A stretch of 59,686 bases of DNA. It comes from an uncultured virus (IMG/VR IMGVR_UViG_3300042888_001691). Taxonomy: Duplodnaviria > Heunggongvirae > Uroviricota > Caudoviricetes. The DNA is taken from IMG/VR virus record IMGVR_UViG_3300042888_001691, one strand, 5' to 3'. Below, piece by piece: positions 29,958 through 40,284 of this stretch. Numbering within the stretch: the stretch's first letter is position 1; every line of letters starts with the position of its first letter. The notes beneath the pieces were generated by a model, which searched no databases, was not told the DNA's origin, and was given only the letters and a program-made list of their open reading frames with translations. The position numbers were made by a program, and so were the translations under genes.

Positions 29958-30535
29958 TCTTTAACTGCCTTCATTTTTATCATGGTATGCACAGCAACAT
30001 TGTTAGCTTCACGCATTAATCGACGAAACATAAAATGCTCATCATGCGTAATAGTTTCATCTTCTATTTTCTTTTTCATACGATCAACCATTTCTATATA
30101 AAATTGATCATACTCAAAATCAAACCATACCATTTCAAAGTTAATGTTGTACTTTAGTCCTATTCCTGAACTAGACCCGTACATCTCAATTTGTTCTTTA
30201 TTTGTTTTTTGACAAAACATATACATGCCGCCAACAGTAATAGGACGGCAATGAGTTGGATCAGAATAATAATTATCATGAAAATGATGTGGGACCAAAA
30301 TATCTAAAATAGCATCGTGCTTAGATACCCTATATATCTCTTGCATCAACGGAATAAATCCAGCGCCTATATGTTCAAAAATATGATGCGCTCTAATTTC
30401 TTCTACTGAATTATCTTCAAGAGGTAATTTTTCCTTTTCAATATTACAAAGAAAATCTGGAGAAACCAATGGGTCATCATCTATATTTAAAAACCCGTCA
30501 ATCCTTTTGTACCCACTTCCAAGATTAATTTTCAC
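29954..30535 (-). CDS. Class I SAM-dependent methyltransferase (type 11-like)
   Basis: MKINLGSG...GFLNID...LPLEDNSVEEI.A.HIFEHI...EIYRV...VPH...DPTH. Confidence 0.85.
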   Translation of the reverse strand: MKINLGSGYKRIDGFLNIDDDPLVSPDFLCNIEKEKLPLEDNSVEEIRAHHIFEHIGAGFIPLMQEIYRVSKHDAILDILVPHHFHDNYYSDPTHCRPITVGGMYMFCQKTNKEQIEMYGSSSGIGLKYNINFEMVWFDFEYDQFYIEMVDRMKKKIEDETITHDEHFMFRRLMREANNVAVHTMIKMKAVKE

Positions 30536-30930
30536 AGCAATGCGTCAAGTTCGTCATGGGTAGTTGCTGCATCTATAGCAGCAACTCTTGGCGCAATAGC
30601 TTCTTTTAATGCAAGAAGTTTTGCTGGGTCGTGTGCCATTGCATCATTCCTTTGCAAATTCATTTCCGTTATAAACTCAGTCTGAGCATGCATTCTCATA
30701 GTGCCTTTGCGCTCATCAACTGTAAAATCATATGTGTCCCATATAATTTGCACAGGATCTGTTGTTAGATCATAACGATGCGCACGATACCCCTGCCGAT
30801 GAGGGTTGCTTGGATGGCGTATTTCAATAGCATTGACCCATCCGTTATTACCTACGCCTTCTGCCGGTGGGGTATCCCAAACATCTTTAACTTCTCCATT
30901 TTCTATACGAATATAATGTGTCATTTCCAA
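30532..30930 (-). CDS. Hypothetical protein, possibly a tail-fibre assembly-type chaperone
   Basis: YIRIENGEV N-terminus and helical C-terminus IDAATTHDELDAL. Confidence 0.55.
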   Translation of the reverse strand: MEMTHYIRIENGEVKDVWDTPPAEGVGNNGWVNAIEIRHPSNPHRQGYRAHRYDLTTDPVQIIWDTYDFTVDERKGTMRMHAQTEFITEMNLQRNDAMAHDPAKLLALKEAIAPRVAAIDAATTHDELDALL

Positions 30931-30948
30931 TCCTTTATTAAAAATAAG

Positions 30949-32718
30949 TTATGCAACACTTCTCAGCGCAGGCTTACTATTTAATTTATTTTTTATTTTA
31001 TTAAATGGCGCATCCCACTCCCCAAAAACTTCTTGTCGGAATAATTTCATAGAGTTATAGTACGGCGTTTTTTCGCCGTCCATAGCATACAAGTAGTACC
31101 CCATTATTGGCAATACTACCCATGTAGTAACCCCCATTGCCGCAGCTAAATGGCTAACACTTGTACAAGAACTAATTACAAGATCACATGATGCAATAGC
31201 ATGTTGTGTTTGATGCCAATCATTTAATGGCACTTGATTTACCCAAATTGGACAAGCATCTGCGCCTTCATCTCTTTGTAAACTAATAAATTCAAAATCA
31301 GAATTTTTAACAGCGTCGAACATTAAATCATAAGGAAACTTTTTATTATGATCATCTTCAAATTTTGATTGTCCTTGCCAGCGCAAGCCAATTCTTTTTT
31401 TATTTCCTTTAATAGCAAGTGGTTTATTAATGTACGGATCGCCGCGCAAATCACTTAATTCATAATTAAAGTAATTGGGCGCAGTCATGGCATAACACCA
31501 AAAATCATGATAAATACCATACTCTGAGCCGTGTTGAATTACAGCAGAAACACCTTCTATTTGAGAAAACAATCCAACCAATTGCCCAGAACAAGAAACA
31601 ATTACCTTATTTCCTTTTGCAACCAAATCCCGCGCATAACGAACTTGATGTATTTGATCTCCTAATCCATGATCACAATACAATAAAATTGTACCACGAG
31701 TTTTCCCATCCCATTCTGGTGCTGGCGTATTTGGGGGGCTTCCTCCAATAGCTTTACACTTTCTTCCTCGGTTCATTTGCTTATAACCTTCGGAAATTTT
31801 TCCTTGCTTTAACAAATACCAACTACGGTTATATGCTGCACGGCTATCTTCTGGGCGTTCAACATGCAATTTTTCAGCTATGCGCCACCCTTCTGCAAAA
31901 TCCCCAAATTTTCCTAATGAAACTTGCAAATCTAAATCATCTAATTCGTAATTTTTTCTTTCATTAGAATTCCAAAATTCAGGCTGACAAAATTCATTGT
32001 AATGATGTTTAAGTAAATCTTTTGCGCTTTCTTGATGTTGCGCTTGTAATTTTGGTTTAACATCATGCATTCCAAAAATACCATACAATTTCTCATCATC
32101 TTCCGCAACACTAGACCCATCAATATTATTAAAGTCATATACAAAATGGGGTAAATCTAAAAACTTATGAATACGATCTAATTCTTGAGAAGGATTTGAT
32201 AATAAATTTTTATATTCAATAAATAAAAAATTTTCAGGCAAAACATTAAATCCTTCTTGTAATGTAATATAAGCTGATTTTAAATGATTTATAAATTGCC
32301 CATCATTTATAAATTCTTCTAAATCATTTGGTTTTACAAGCCTAACAAAAGATGCCGCACATTCATAAACTGGCCTAACTGTAGCAATAATTTTTAAATC
32401 ACGCCCTAATACTTGATTCATAGATTGAATAATTATTGGGATAGGCCAACCCCTAGATTTATCAATAACAATAGGCGTATCTATTTTTTCATAAAATGCG
32501 TCTATTATTCCTCTCATTGTTTGCGCAAGTACTGTACGGCTTGGATCATTTTTACTCAAAAGTGATTCATTAGCCCATGTATTAGCCACACTATCTAGTG
32601 CTTGAACTAGTCCAGATGTAGTTGATATATGCATTGTTGGATTCTGATTAAGAATAGCCGCAAGTACAGTAGAGCCACTACGTGGGATCCCCGATAAAAC
32701 GTGAAATGTTTTTTTCAT
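30949..32718 (-). CDS. Sulfotransferase - TPR - GT9-like glycosyltransferase fusion
   Basis: PAPS-binding GIPRSGSTVL, DKSRGW, IIATVRP...ASF; TPR-like RAAYNRSWYLL; WDG...DHGLGDQIHQVRY, IGLRWQG, FISLQ, DLVIS.CTSVSHLAAAMG. Confidence 0.85.
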   Translation of the reverse strand: MKKTFHVLSGIPRSGSTVLAAILNQNPTMHISTTSGLVQALDSVANTWANESLLSKNDPSRTVLAQTMRGIIDAFYEKIDTPIVIDKSRGWPIPIIIQSMNQVLGRDLKIIATVRPVYECAASFVRLVKPNDLEEFINDGQFINHLKSAYITLQEGFNVLPENFLFIEYKNLLSNPSQELDRIHKFLDLPHFVYDFNNIDGSSVAEDDEKLYGIFGMHDVKPKLQAQHQESAKDLLKHHYNEFCQPEFWNSNERKNYELDDLDLQVSLGKFGDFAEGWRIAEKLHVERPEDSRAAYNRSWYLLKQGKISEGYKQMNRGRKCKAIGGSPPNTPAPEWDGKTRGTILLYCDHGLGDQIHQVRYARDLVAKGNKVIVSCSGQLVGLFSQIEGVSAVIQHGSEYGIYHDFWCYAMTAPNYFNYELSDLRGDPYINKPLAIKGNKKRIGLRWQGQSKFEDDHNKKFPYDLMFDAVKNSDFEFISLQRDEGADACPIWVNQVPLNDWHQTQHAIASCDLVISSCTSVSHLAAAMGVTTWVVLPIMGYYLYAMDGEKTPYYNSMKLFRQEVFGEWDAPFNKIKNKLNSKPALRSVA

Positions 32719-32719
32719 G

Positions 32720-34210
32720 TTATATACTTTGTTGAGCTATGCAACCATCTAGTAATAGATCCACTTTATTCCACTTAGTTAATGAGCCAACTTGTTTGGG
32801 TGAAGAATAATAAGTTGTATTTCCAAGCCCTAATTGACCATTATTATTTTTACCCCATGTCCATAAAGTACCATCTGTTTTGATTGCGGCAGTATTGTAA
32901 TCTGCGGCCCCAGATAGCCACGTAGTTAATGATCCAACTTGTTTTGGTGAGGAATATTGGTTTAAATTTCCTTGCCCTAACTGACCAAAGGTATTTGTGC
33001 CACCCCACATATATAACTTACCATCTGCAACTGCTGTTGTTGCATTAGCGCTTTTACTTACATGTGTCCATGTGGTTAATAACCCAACTTGTTTTGGTGA
33101 AGAATAATTAGTTGTATTTCCTAATCCTAAATTCCCATTGGTACCGTAACCCCACGCCCATAAAGTACCGTCTGTTTTGATTGCAGAAGCAGAACCATTC
33201 CAACTTCCAGTTTGAAGTTTTTCCCAATTAGTCAACGCCCCAACTTGTTTAGGTGAGGAATATTTTGTTGTATTACCAAGTCCACATGATCCACCAAAAT
33301 TAGATCCCCATGACCAAAGCGCTCCGCTTGTACCTACACCGCGTATTGCAAGTGTACAATGATAATTTCCGGTCATTCTAATTGATAGCCAATCAGTCAA
33401 AGCGCCAATCTGTTTAGGAGAAGAATAATTAGTTGTATTTCCAATCCCTAATTGACCATGATTATTTTGACCCCATCCCCAAATAGTGCCATTAGTTTTA
33501 ATTGCTACTATTGAGCCGGCTCCATTTACTGACGCCCAATTTGTTAATGCTCCAACTTGCTTGGGCGAAGAATAATAAGTTTGATTACCAAGTCCAAGAC
33601 TGCCATAAAAATTTTGGCCCCACATCCAAAGTCTACCTGCTGAATCAACTCCCCCACCTTGGGTGCGCATACCACTTGTTGTTACCCACGTAGTTAATGA
33701 TCCAACTTGTTTAGGCGATGAATATTTTGTGTTATTTCCAAGTCCGCCAGAACCAACAATATTAGACCCCCACGTAAATAATTTAAACTCCGTGTTAGCG
33801 GGTGTTACGGCATTACTTACTGCACTTGGAGCGCTATTACCTCTATCATTAGTTGCTACAACTGTAAATGTATACTGTGTTCCATCTGTTAAGCCGGTAA
33901 CAGTAATTGGCGAAGAAGCTCCACTTGCGGAAATACCCCCCGGCGAACTTGTTGCTGTATATTCAGTAATAGCACTTCCACCATTATCCGCAGGAGCTGT
34001 AAATGTAACACTTGCTTGCGTCGTGCCCGCTGTTGCCACAATTGAGGTGGGTGCGTCTGGTACACCTACACCTTTAGGCCATAACCCAGCAGCTTTAGCT
34101 TGCATTTGATCGTCCTTAGACCAAATACCAGGTGCCGCGCCAGTATAAGGAGTCCCACTGGTAGTAGGAGCTACAGAAGAAATTATACCGCCTTTGTATC
34201 GTAAACTCAT
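32720..34210 (-). CDS. FN3 plus RCC1/BLIP-II beta-propeller repeat virion protein
   Basis: PDAPT...FTAPADNGGSAITEY...GLTDGTQYTFTVVATN (FN3); seven WG.N..G.LGLGN.T.YSSPKQVG.LT.W-type repeats. Confidence 0.88.
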   Translation of the reverse strand: MSLRYKGGIISSVAPTTSGTPYTGAAPGIWSKDDQMQAKAAGLWPKGVGVPDAPTSIVATAGTTQASVTFTAPADNGGSAITEYTATSSPGGISASGASSPITVTGLTDGTQYTFTVVATNDRGNSAPSAVSNAVTPANTEFKLFTWGSNIVGSGGLGNNTKYSSPKQVGSLTTWVTTSGMRTQGGGVDSAGRLWMWGQNFYGSLGLGNQTYYSSPKQVGALTNWASVNGAGSIVAIKTNGTIWGWGQNNHGQLGIGNTTNYSSPKQIGALTDWLSIRMTGNYHCTLAIRGVGTSGALWSWGSNFGGSCGLGNTTKYSSPKQVGALTNWEKLQTGSWNGSASAIKTDGTLWAWGYGTNGNLGLGNTTNYSSPKQVGLLTTWTHVSKSANATTAVADGKLYMWGGTNTFGQLGQGNLNQYSSPKQVGSLTTWLSGAADYNTAAIKTDGTLWTWGKNNNGQLGLGNTTYYSSPKQVGSLTKWNKVDLLLDGCIAQQSI

Positions 34211-34212
34211 AA

Positions 34213-34614
34213 TTAAGTTATTGCTTCAATAGTTGCTACAATATTCAAAGCGTTACCAGTTCCAACAATCACGCCAACCGATTGATTTTCTGTAATATAA
34301 AACCCTGTAGTCTTATCTGCAATTATTAACGTAGAATTTGATGGAACGCTAATTTGATAAGCCAAGTAATACGGCGTACCACTTGCGTAAGTTGAATTAT
34401 TTGAAACGCCTATACTTATACTAGCAGCATTTGCAGTAACATTAGTAGCCACAATACTGGTTATTTTATTTACCGTCCCAGCCGCAGGGGTCAGACCTGT
34501 CAGTGCGGTTGAGCCGTTATAGGTCCATGCAACACTTACAGCCGTTGTTGATGGGATTATGTATGCAGTATTGCCATATATGCTTGTAAGCGCAGCAATG
34601 TTTGGGTTAGCCAT
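34213..34614 (-). CDS. Small beta-rich virion structural protein (putative adaptor)
   Basis: MANPNI...KITSIVATNV...ISVPSNSTL; lies between the fibre gene and the RCC1 gene. Confidence 0.6.
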   Translation of the reverse strand: MANPNIAALTSIYGNTAYIIPSTTAVSVAWTYNGSTALTGLTPAAGTVNKITSIVATNVTANAASISIGVSNNSTYASGTPYYLAYQISVPSNSTLIIADKTTGFYITENQSVGVIVGTGNALNIVATIEAIT

Positions 34615-34623
34615 AAATTATTC

Positions 34624-36189
34624 CTAAAATCCTAAAGTCATTATGTACGCTATAGAAGCCGCTTGTCCAGTACCTGCAGGTCCGGTAGGTCCGGTGGGTC
34701 CGGTAGGTCCTTGTATTCCGGTTGGTGTTTGAATATCCACCCAATAACTATTTGTACCGTCGTTGACGTATTCGTAAAGAACGTCGGTACTGGAATACCA
34801 TTGGTCTCCAGATATGTTGCCGCTAACTGGTGGAGCAACACCTGTTGTAAATGTATTTATCGAACTATTGGCCGCTGTAACATTTGAATTAACGGAATCA
34901 ATTGATGCAGCCTGAGTGGCTGCATTACTGAACAATGTGGTAATGTTTGTAGTAGCAGTACCCAAGTTAGCATCAAACGTGTTTAATGCAGTTGCTTGTG
35001 ATGCAGCATTACTGAATAATGTGGTAATGTTTGTAGTAGCAGTACCCAAGTTAGCATTAGCATACAATTGAAATGCACCAACGTTTGCATCAATTGAGTT
35101 TATGCTTGTGGCTTGAGTGGCTGCATTTGCATTTGCATAGGTCTGATATGAACCAATATTACTACCAATGTATGCTTCTACATTTGTATTACTGTATGTG
35201 CTTACACTAAATGTGACATTAGCATAGGTTTGATATGCGCCAACATTGGCATCAATTGAGTTTATGCTTGTGGCTTGAGTGGCTGCATTGGCATTGGCAT
35301 AGGTTTGATATGCACCCAAATTGGCATCAATTGAGTTTATGCTTGTGGCTTGAGTGGCTGCATTGGCATTGGCATAGGTTTGATATGCACCCAAATTGGC
35401 ATTAAATGCGTTAATTGAACTATTAGCTGCTGTAACATTACTGGTGATATTACTTAACCAATTGACCATGGTTGAACTAAAACTATCACTGTTACCCAGT
35501 GCATTTCCTAATTCTAATAGTGTATCCAATGCGCCTGGTGCGCCAGCAACCAGCGTTCCAATGTTGGCACTTAGTGTCTGTATTGCGCTATTTGCTGCAC
35601 CGACGTTGGCATTGATTGAATTAATTGATGTTGCTAGTCCACCAATATTTGCATTGGCATAGGTTTGATATGAACCAACATTGGCATCAATTGAGTTAAT
35701 ACTTGTAGTCTGTGTAGCTGCATTTGCATTGGCATAGGTTTGATATGCGCCAACATTGGCATCAATTGAGTTTATGCTTGTGGCTTGAGTGGCTGCATTG
35801 CCAAACAGTGTGGTAATATTTGTTGTTGCTGTGCCCAAGTTGGCATTGGCGTAGATCTCATATGCACCCACATTGGCATCAAGAGTGTTTAGATTAGTTC
35901 TGATAGTGCCAATATTGGCACTTACATCACCTGTGTTGGCAATATACAACGCTCCACTAACGCCAACCCCGCCAGTGACAACTAATGCACCGGTTGTAGT
36001 GCTGGTGCTAACAGTGCCAGAATTGGCCGTAACATTACCGGCATTGACATTTCCCACAATGTACAAGCTGGGCAACGACGACAATGAGGATGAAGTTCTA
36101 GTCCAAGAGCCGTATGTGCTACTATACACGTAGGTAATACCGTTTACTGTTGCTGTTTGACCATTTGTGGGCGATACTGGAAATGCCAT
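34624..36189 (-). CDS. Fibre/stalk protein with coiled-coil repeats and a short collagen-like segment
   Basis: MAFPVSPTNGQ start; ANANAATQATSINSIDANVGAYQTY repeats; APGALDTLLELGNALG; GPTGPTGPT; hydrophobic C-terminus YIMTLGF. Confidence 0.75.
   Translation of the reverse strand: MAFPVSPTNGQTATVNGITYVYSSTYGSWTRTSSSLSSLPSLYIVGNVNAGNVTANSGTVSTSTTTGALVVTGGVGVSGALYIANTGDVSANIGTIRTNLNTLDANVGAYEIYANANLGTATTNITTLFGNAATQATSINSIDANVGAYQTYANANAATQTTSINSIDANVGSYQTYANANIGGLATSINSINANVGAANSAIQTLSANIGTLVAGAPGALDTLLELGNALGNSDSFSSTMVNWLSNITSNVTAANSSINAFNANLGAYQTYANANAATQATSINSIDANLGAYQTYANANAATQATSINSIDANVGAYQTYANVTFSVSTYSNTNVEAYIGSNIGSYQTYANANAATQATSINSIDANVGAFQLYANANLGTATTNITTLFSNAASQATALNTFDANLGTATTNITTLFSNAATQAASIDSVNSNVTAANSSINTFTTGVAPPVSGNISGDQWYSSTDVLYEYVNDGTNSYWVDIQTPTGIQGPTGPTGPTGPAGTGQAASIAYIMTLGF
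34729..34844. repeat. Direct repeat copy C (partner at 40366-40484)
   Basis: Near-identical DNA encoding GVAPPVSGNISGDQWY..STDVLYEYVNDGT.SYWVDIQ. Confidence 0.85.
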
Positions 36190-36230
36190 TTAATTTAACC
36201 TTTTATGTACTTACTTATTTTAATAGTGCT
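35915..36230. repeat. Direct repeat copy B (partner at 29610-29916)
   Basis: See copy A. Confidence 0.9.
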
Positions 36231-39200
36231 ACACCTGGTGGAGTGAAGTTGGTGGTGTATCTGGCCACACCTTTGGTAATTCTAAAGTCATCCATGTATC
36301 CAGTAAATGGATAACTATCACTGGCGGAATCTTTACCAATAAAAAGTCTATACGAGGCAGCATACGGCAGTATTGTTGAGTATGTGGTTCCAGCCACTCC
36401 ATCAATAAACAGTCTTGTTGATGATCCGCTTCTTGATAATGCAATGTGATACCAGGTATTGATTGTTGGCATCCAAGCTGTGTTTATAGCTCCACCCACA
36501 GCAGCATCATAGTATATTAGTGCGTCGCCAGACAGGCGCCAACTTATACCACCCCGTAAACTGTCATTGTCAGGAACCCACCATACCAGATCCTGCCTGT
36601 TTGCTATAGAAGTAAAGTTTACCCAAAACTCAACGGTAAAATTCCCAGACTCAAATGCAAGCGCAGGGTTTGTTGGCACAAACAAGGCATCAAGGGCACT
36701 GCCACCACCAAAAAATATACTGCTGCTACCATACTTTTTTACTTGAGTACGAATTTCTGGTTGTCTGCGGCCTGGCTCTGCTGTGGTATATCCAACCGTC
36801 TCAATAACATTCCGACCAGATCTATCAACGATGCCCCCGTCTGTTCCTTTGAGCAATAGTTGAGTTCCTGAAATTGCAGTTAGTGGTGCAGTGGGTGGAG
36901 TGAAGTTTGCTGTGTAAACGGCTGTGCCTTTAACGTAACGGAAGTCTGAAATATATCCGTTAAACTCTGGTACACTACCATCTTGATTTCTACCAATCTC
37001 AAATTTATCAAAAGTATTAAGACTGGCTGATATACCAGTTGAAGAAAAATCCAAAACTCCGTTTATGTAAAGTTTAAAAGTACCAGATTGTCGTACAAAG
37101 GCAAGGTGAGTCCATGCGTTTGGTGTAGCCAATGCAGTTGATACTGTGTTGATGTGTACTGTTCCGGAGATATACAAGAAGATGTTTATCTGATCTCCAC
37201 CATTATGCATCCGAAACATAAATCTGCTATTCGAATACCCACCATTAGGATAGAATGTAACAATACCTCGTCCATATTGGCTGCCAGAATATCCCTTGTT
37301 ATAGACCCAGCATTCAAATGTCACGTCAGAGGTTCCAGCTCCGGTATCTAGAGCAGTACTGCCACCAGATCCGGGGGGAGTTATTAAATAATCCCCTGCG
37401 CCATCAAAGTACATACTGCCACCATGAACAGCGGCGCTGTATGCAACAGTGGGTGAAAAAGGGCTAAAAGCAAACGTTTTAATATCCCCAGCTGTGACAA
37501 CTGTTTGATTGTTTGGCCCGGAGTCTTTGAATCTGTTACTCTGATGTGTCAAGAAAAGGGTACTTGCATCACTGACAAAATCTGCAGTGGGTAATGTGAA
37601 GTTGGCAACTGTTGTATTTGTTCCACTGTATCTGGCAACACTTGACATTCTAAAGTTGCTCATGTAAAACGGGACGTTTACTGCTTGGCCATCATTTGAT
37701 GATCCAATTCCCCACGTTTGCGAGGCAGTAGCATCATTTGTGACTCCACCAGCCGATCCAAGCTTTATACCATTTAAATAGAATGTCATTGTACCAGAGT
37801 TTCTAACCACTGCCCAATGATTCCATTGATTGAGTGGAGCCACACCATTTGGATACACAGCAGAATCATTGGGTGGATTCAGTAACCAGCCGCCGTTCCA
37901 TCCCAAAATTGTTTTAGCGCCCTCTACTCCTATAATGGGACCGCTGCTACTTGCAGATGTAAGATATCCGCCCGTTGGCTGTAGAGTAAAATAAGTCCAA
38001 AACTCTACTGTAAAGTTAGTTGGTAATCCAAATCCAGATGTTGTTGCATAATCACCACTGCCATCATAGTAGGCACTCCAACCAGTAGGACTAAACGGAC
38101 TGAAAGTGCCCTGAGTTGGATTACCGTACCGGATAATAGGAAAACCATTGGTGCTATCATCTACAAATCCTGAGTTGGTAGTGCCTTGTTTGTATTGCAG
38201 TGACAGAAATACTGTGCCTGAAATTGCAGTCAGTGGGACAGTGGGTGCTGCGAAATTGCCAGTGTATACTGCAGTACCATCAACTATACGAAAATCGGCG
38301 ATATTACCTCTGAGTAGGTTCTGATAACCATTGGTGGTACCACCAATCCTGGCTTCGGCACTGCCCAATGTATGAGCACCAGTAAACGCACCAGATGAAA
38401 GTGTTACTAGCGTACCATTCAAATACATCTTCATTTCACCGGCACCGGTACCAGTACGTACAACTGCGACGTGATTCCACGTGTAAGCAGAAAACACACC
38501 AGTTGCAGTTTGGAACGCAGTTCCGGATGTACCTGCACCTAGTCCTCTATTGCCTATTATTCCTATATTAAACCCGCTGTTACTGTATAGGAAATACTTG
38601 GTAGCTGTCAGGCCAGGTGAGGCCTCGTCAGCATAGAACCAAAATTCAACAGTAAACACATTGCCCACTGCTGGCATTTGAAAAAGTAGGGTATCATATG
38701 CACCAGGGCCGTCGGGAGATTCACCAGCAAACCAGGCACTACCAGCCGTGGGGTATGTTGTCTTGTTATAAGGAGTACGTGCAGTTGGGATCACCGAAGC
38801 ATTGGTTCTAAAATCACTTCTGTTGGTCACTACCAGATTATTATCACTGGCGTCATCTAACCATGTAGGGGTTAGAGTCTCACCGGTTAATAATAATGAA
38901 GTATTCTTAAAGTACGTATCAGCTGCTACTACAACCACCCAACTAACTACCCGTGTAGCCGACCTAATACTGTTAGTGGCTGTCAGTAGTGTAGATGTTG
39001 ATTCATTGTCCACTGTTGGTGTGCCAAAAATAGTATCACCAGTCAACGAAACACCAGTTGGTAGTGTATTGGCTGTGTATGTTACTGCTCTGCCAGATGC
39101 AGCAGTTGCCACAAGAGAAACATTGCCCATCGCTACACCAAACGCTAGTTCAGATGCAGTACCTGCGCCAGGACTCGTCCAGGTCACAGTATCGGTGTTG

Positions 39201-39946
39201 ACTGTTAAACTAAACAATCTTTCTGTATCTTGATTTTGGCCGTCACTGGCAATAATTGTAAACGTATACGTTGTACTTCCAGTGTCGGCTGGTGTTGTTC
39301 CAGATAATGCCCCCGTGGAGGAATTTAAGGTGACTCCGGTTGGTAGATTGGATCCTGCTTTCAAGGAATAGGTTATTGTGGCATCGCCGGTAGCTGTCAA
39401 TGACTGCGAATAGGATACTGCTTGTTCGTAAGCTGCTGGCAGTGTGGCCTCAGTACTCCAGGTTGGAACTCCACTGGCTGCCAGGCCACTCAAGTAAAAT
39501 GCAGCCGACCCATCTGTGTTCAACAGATATATGGTATGTGTGTTACTGGCCATGGCACCAATTTCTGCTCGTACTTCTGTTGAACTTACAAATGTTGTTG
39601 TGCTGGCTGCAGTTCCTGCCACATACACCACACATCCTGTTTTAAACCCAGACCCTGTTAATTTAATATATCCGCCGGTGGTGGCCACTGCGGTATCGTC
39701 TAACACAGTGTAATTGCTATCTGTTATGGCCACTGCAGTTATAGTTGCTCCGCCGCCAATTGTTGCTTCGGAACTGATTGGATCGGTGCCAGCTACCACT
39801 GTGTACTGCTTGAGTTCTACACCTTCTGTCAGTGCTGTACTAGTTAACGCAAACCCCGATCCGTCAGGATTGTTAAATGCAGCAATAGCACTAGATATTG
39901 CACTAGAGGCTTGACTGCGTTCAGCACTTGTTGTTTTATATCCCAT
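36215..39946 (-). CDS. IPT/Ig-like plus multi-LamG lectin-domain adhesin
   Basis: GGYIKLTGSGF (IPT), LPTGVTLNSSTGALSGT (He_PIG-like Ig) and four FTVEFW/TFECW...W.H.A..R LamG repeats. Confidence 0.82.
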   Translation of the reverse strand: MGYKTTSAERSQASSAISSAIAAFNNPDGSGFALTSTALTEGVELKQYTVVAGTDPISSEATIGGGATITAVAITDSNYTVLDDTAVATTGGYIKLTGSGFKTGCVVYVAGTAASTTTFVSSTEVRAEIGAMASNTHTIYLLNTDGSAAFYLSGLAASGVPTWSTEATLPAAYEQAVSYSQSLTATGDATITYSLKAGSNLPTGVTLNSSTGALSGTTPADTGSTTYTFTIIASDGQNQDTERLFSLTVNTDTVTWTSPGAGTASELAFGVAMGNVSLVATAASGRAVTYTANTLPTGVSLTGDTIFGTPTVDNESTSTLLTATNSIRSATRVVSWVVVVAADTYFKNTSLLLTGETLTPTWLDDASDNNLVVTNRSDFRTNASVIPTARTPYNKTTYPTAGSAWFAGESPDGPGAYDTLLFQMPAVGNVFTVEFWFYADEASPGLTATKYFLYSNSGFNIGIIGNRGLGAGTSGTAFQTATGVFSAYTWNHVAVVRTGTGAGEMKMYLNGTLVTLSSGAFTGAHTLGSAEARIGGTTNGYQNLLRGNIADFRIVDGTAVYTGNFAAPTVPLTAISGTVFLSLQYKQGTTNSGFVDDSTNGFPIIRYGNPTQGTFSPFSPTGWSAYYDGSGDYATTSGFGLPTNFTVEFWTYFTLQPTGGYLTSASSSGPIIGVEGAKTILGWNGGWLLNPPNDSAVYPNGVAPLNQWNHWAVVRNSGTMTFYLNGIKLGSAGGVTNDATASQTWGIGSSNDGQAVNVPFYMSNFRMSSVARYSGTNTTVANFTLPTADFVSDASTLFLTHQSNRFKDSGPNNQTVVTAGDIKTFAFSPFSPTVAYSAAVHGGSMYFDGAGDYLITPPGSGGSTALDTGAGTSDVTFECWVYNKGYSGSQYGRGIVTFYPNGGYSNSRFMFRMHNGGDQINIFLYISGTVHINTVSTALATPNAWTHLAFVRQSGTFKLYINGVLDFSSTGISASLNTFDKFEIGRNQDGSVPEFNGYISDFRYVKGTAVYTANFTPPTAPLTAISGTQLLLKGTDGGIVDRSGRNVIETVGYTTAEPGRRQPEIRTQVKKYGSSSIFFGGGSALDALFVPTNPALAFESGNFTVEFWVNFTSIANRQDLVWWVPDNDSLRGGISWRLSGDALIYYDAAVGGAINTAWMPTINTWYHIALSRSGSSTRLFIDGVAGTTYSTILPYAASYRLFIGKDSASDSYPFTGYMDDFRITKGVARYTTNFTPPGVALLK

Positions 39947-40275
39947 CAGTAGATCTCACTACCAAAAATGCCAACACTGACATTACTGCTAGTAACATTG
40001 GCTCTAATAGAATCATTTGCTGCCATGGTTATACCAATGGTAACTGTAATTGAATCGTTGCCCGGAACTGGTGTTTGAAAGTTTAAGAAATTCTTTGCTG
40101 TGGGTGAATCGCCTGATGCCACTACTGCTAAACTAAAAGCAGCACTATTAACAGCTTGGTTGCATATAACCACTGTGCTTATAACTGCACTGTTACTGGC
40201 TGGTACTGTGTACACCGTGGACATTGAGTTGGCCGAAGGATTAAGTTGTCCTAAAATTTTGTATGTGATTGTCAT
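39946..40275 (-). CDS. Small beta-rich virion structural protein (putative adaptor)
   Basis: YKILGQ..P...VYTVPA...VISTVVICN...GITM...IFGSEI. Confidence 0.6.
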   Translation of the reverse strand: MTITYKILGQLNPSANSMSTVYTVPASNSAVISTVVICNQAVNSAAFSLAVVASGDSPTAKNFLNFQTPVPGNDSITVTIGITMAANDSIRANVTSSNVSVGIFGSEIY

Positions 40276-40284
40276 GTATGTTCC

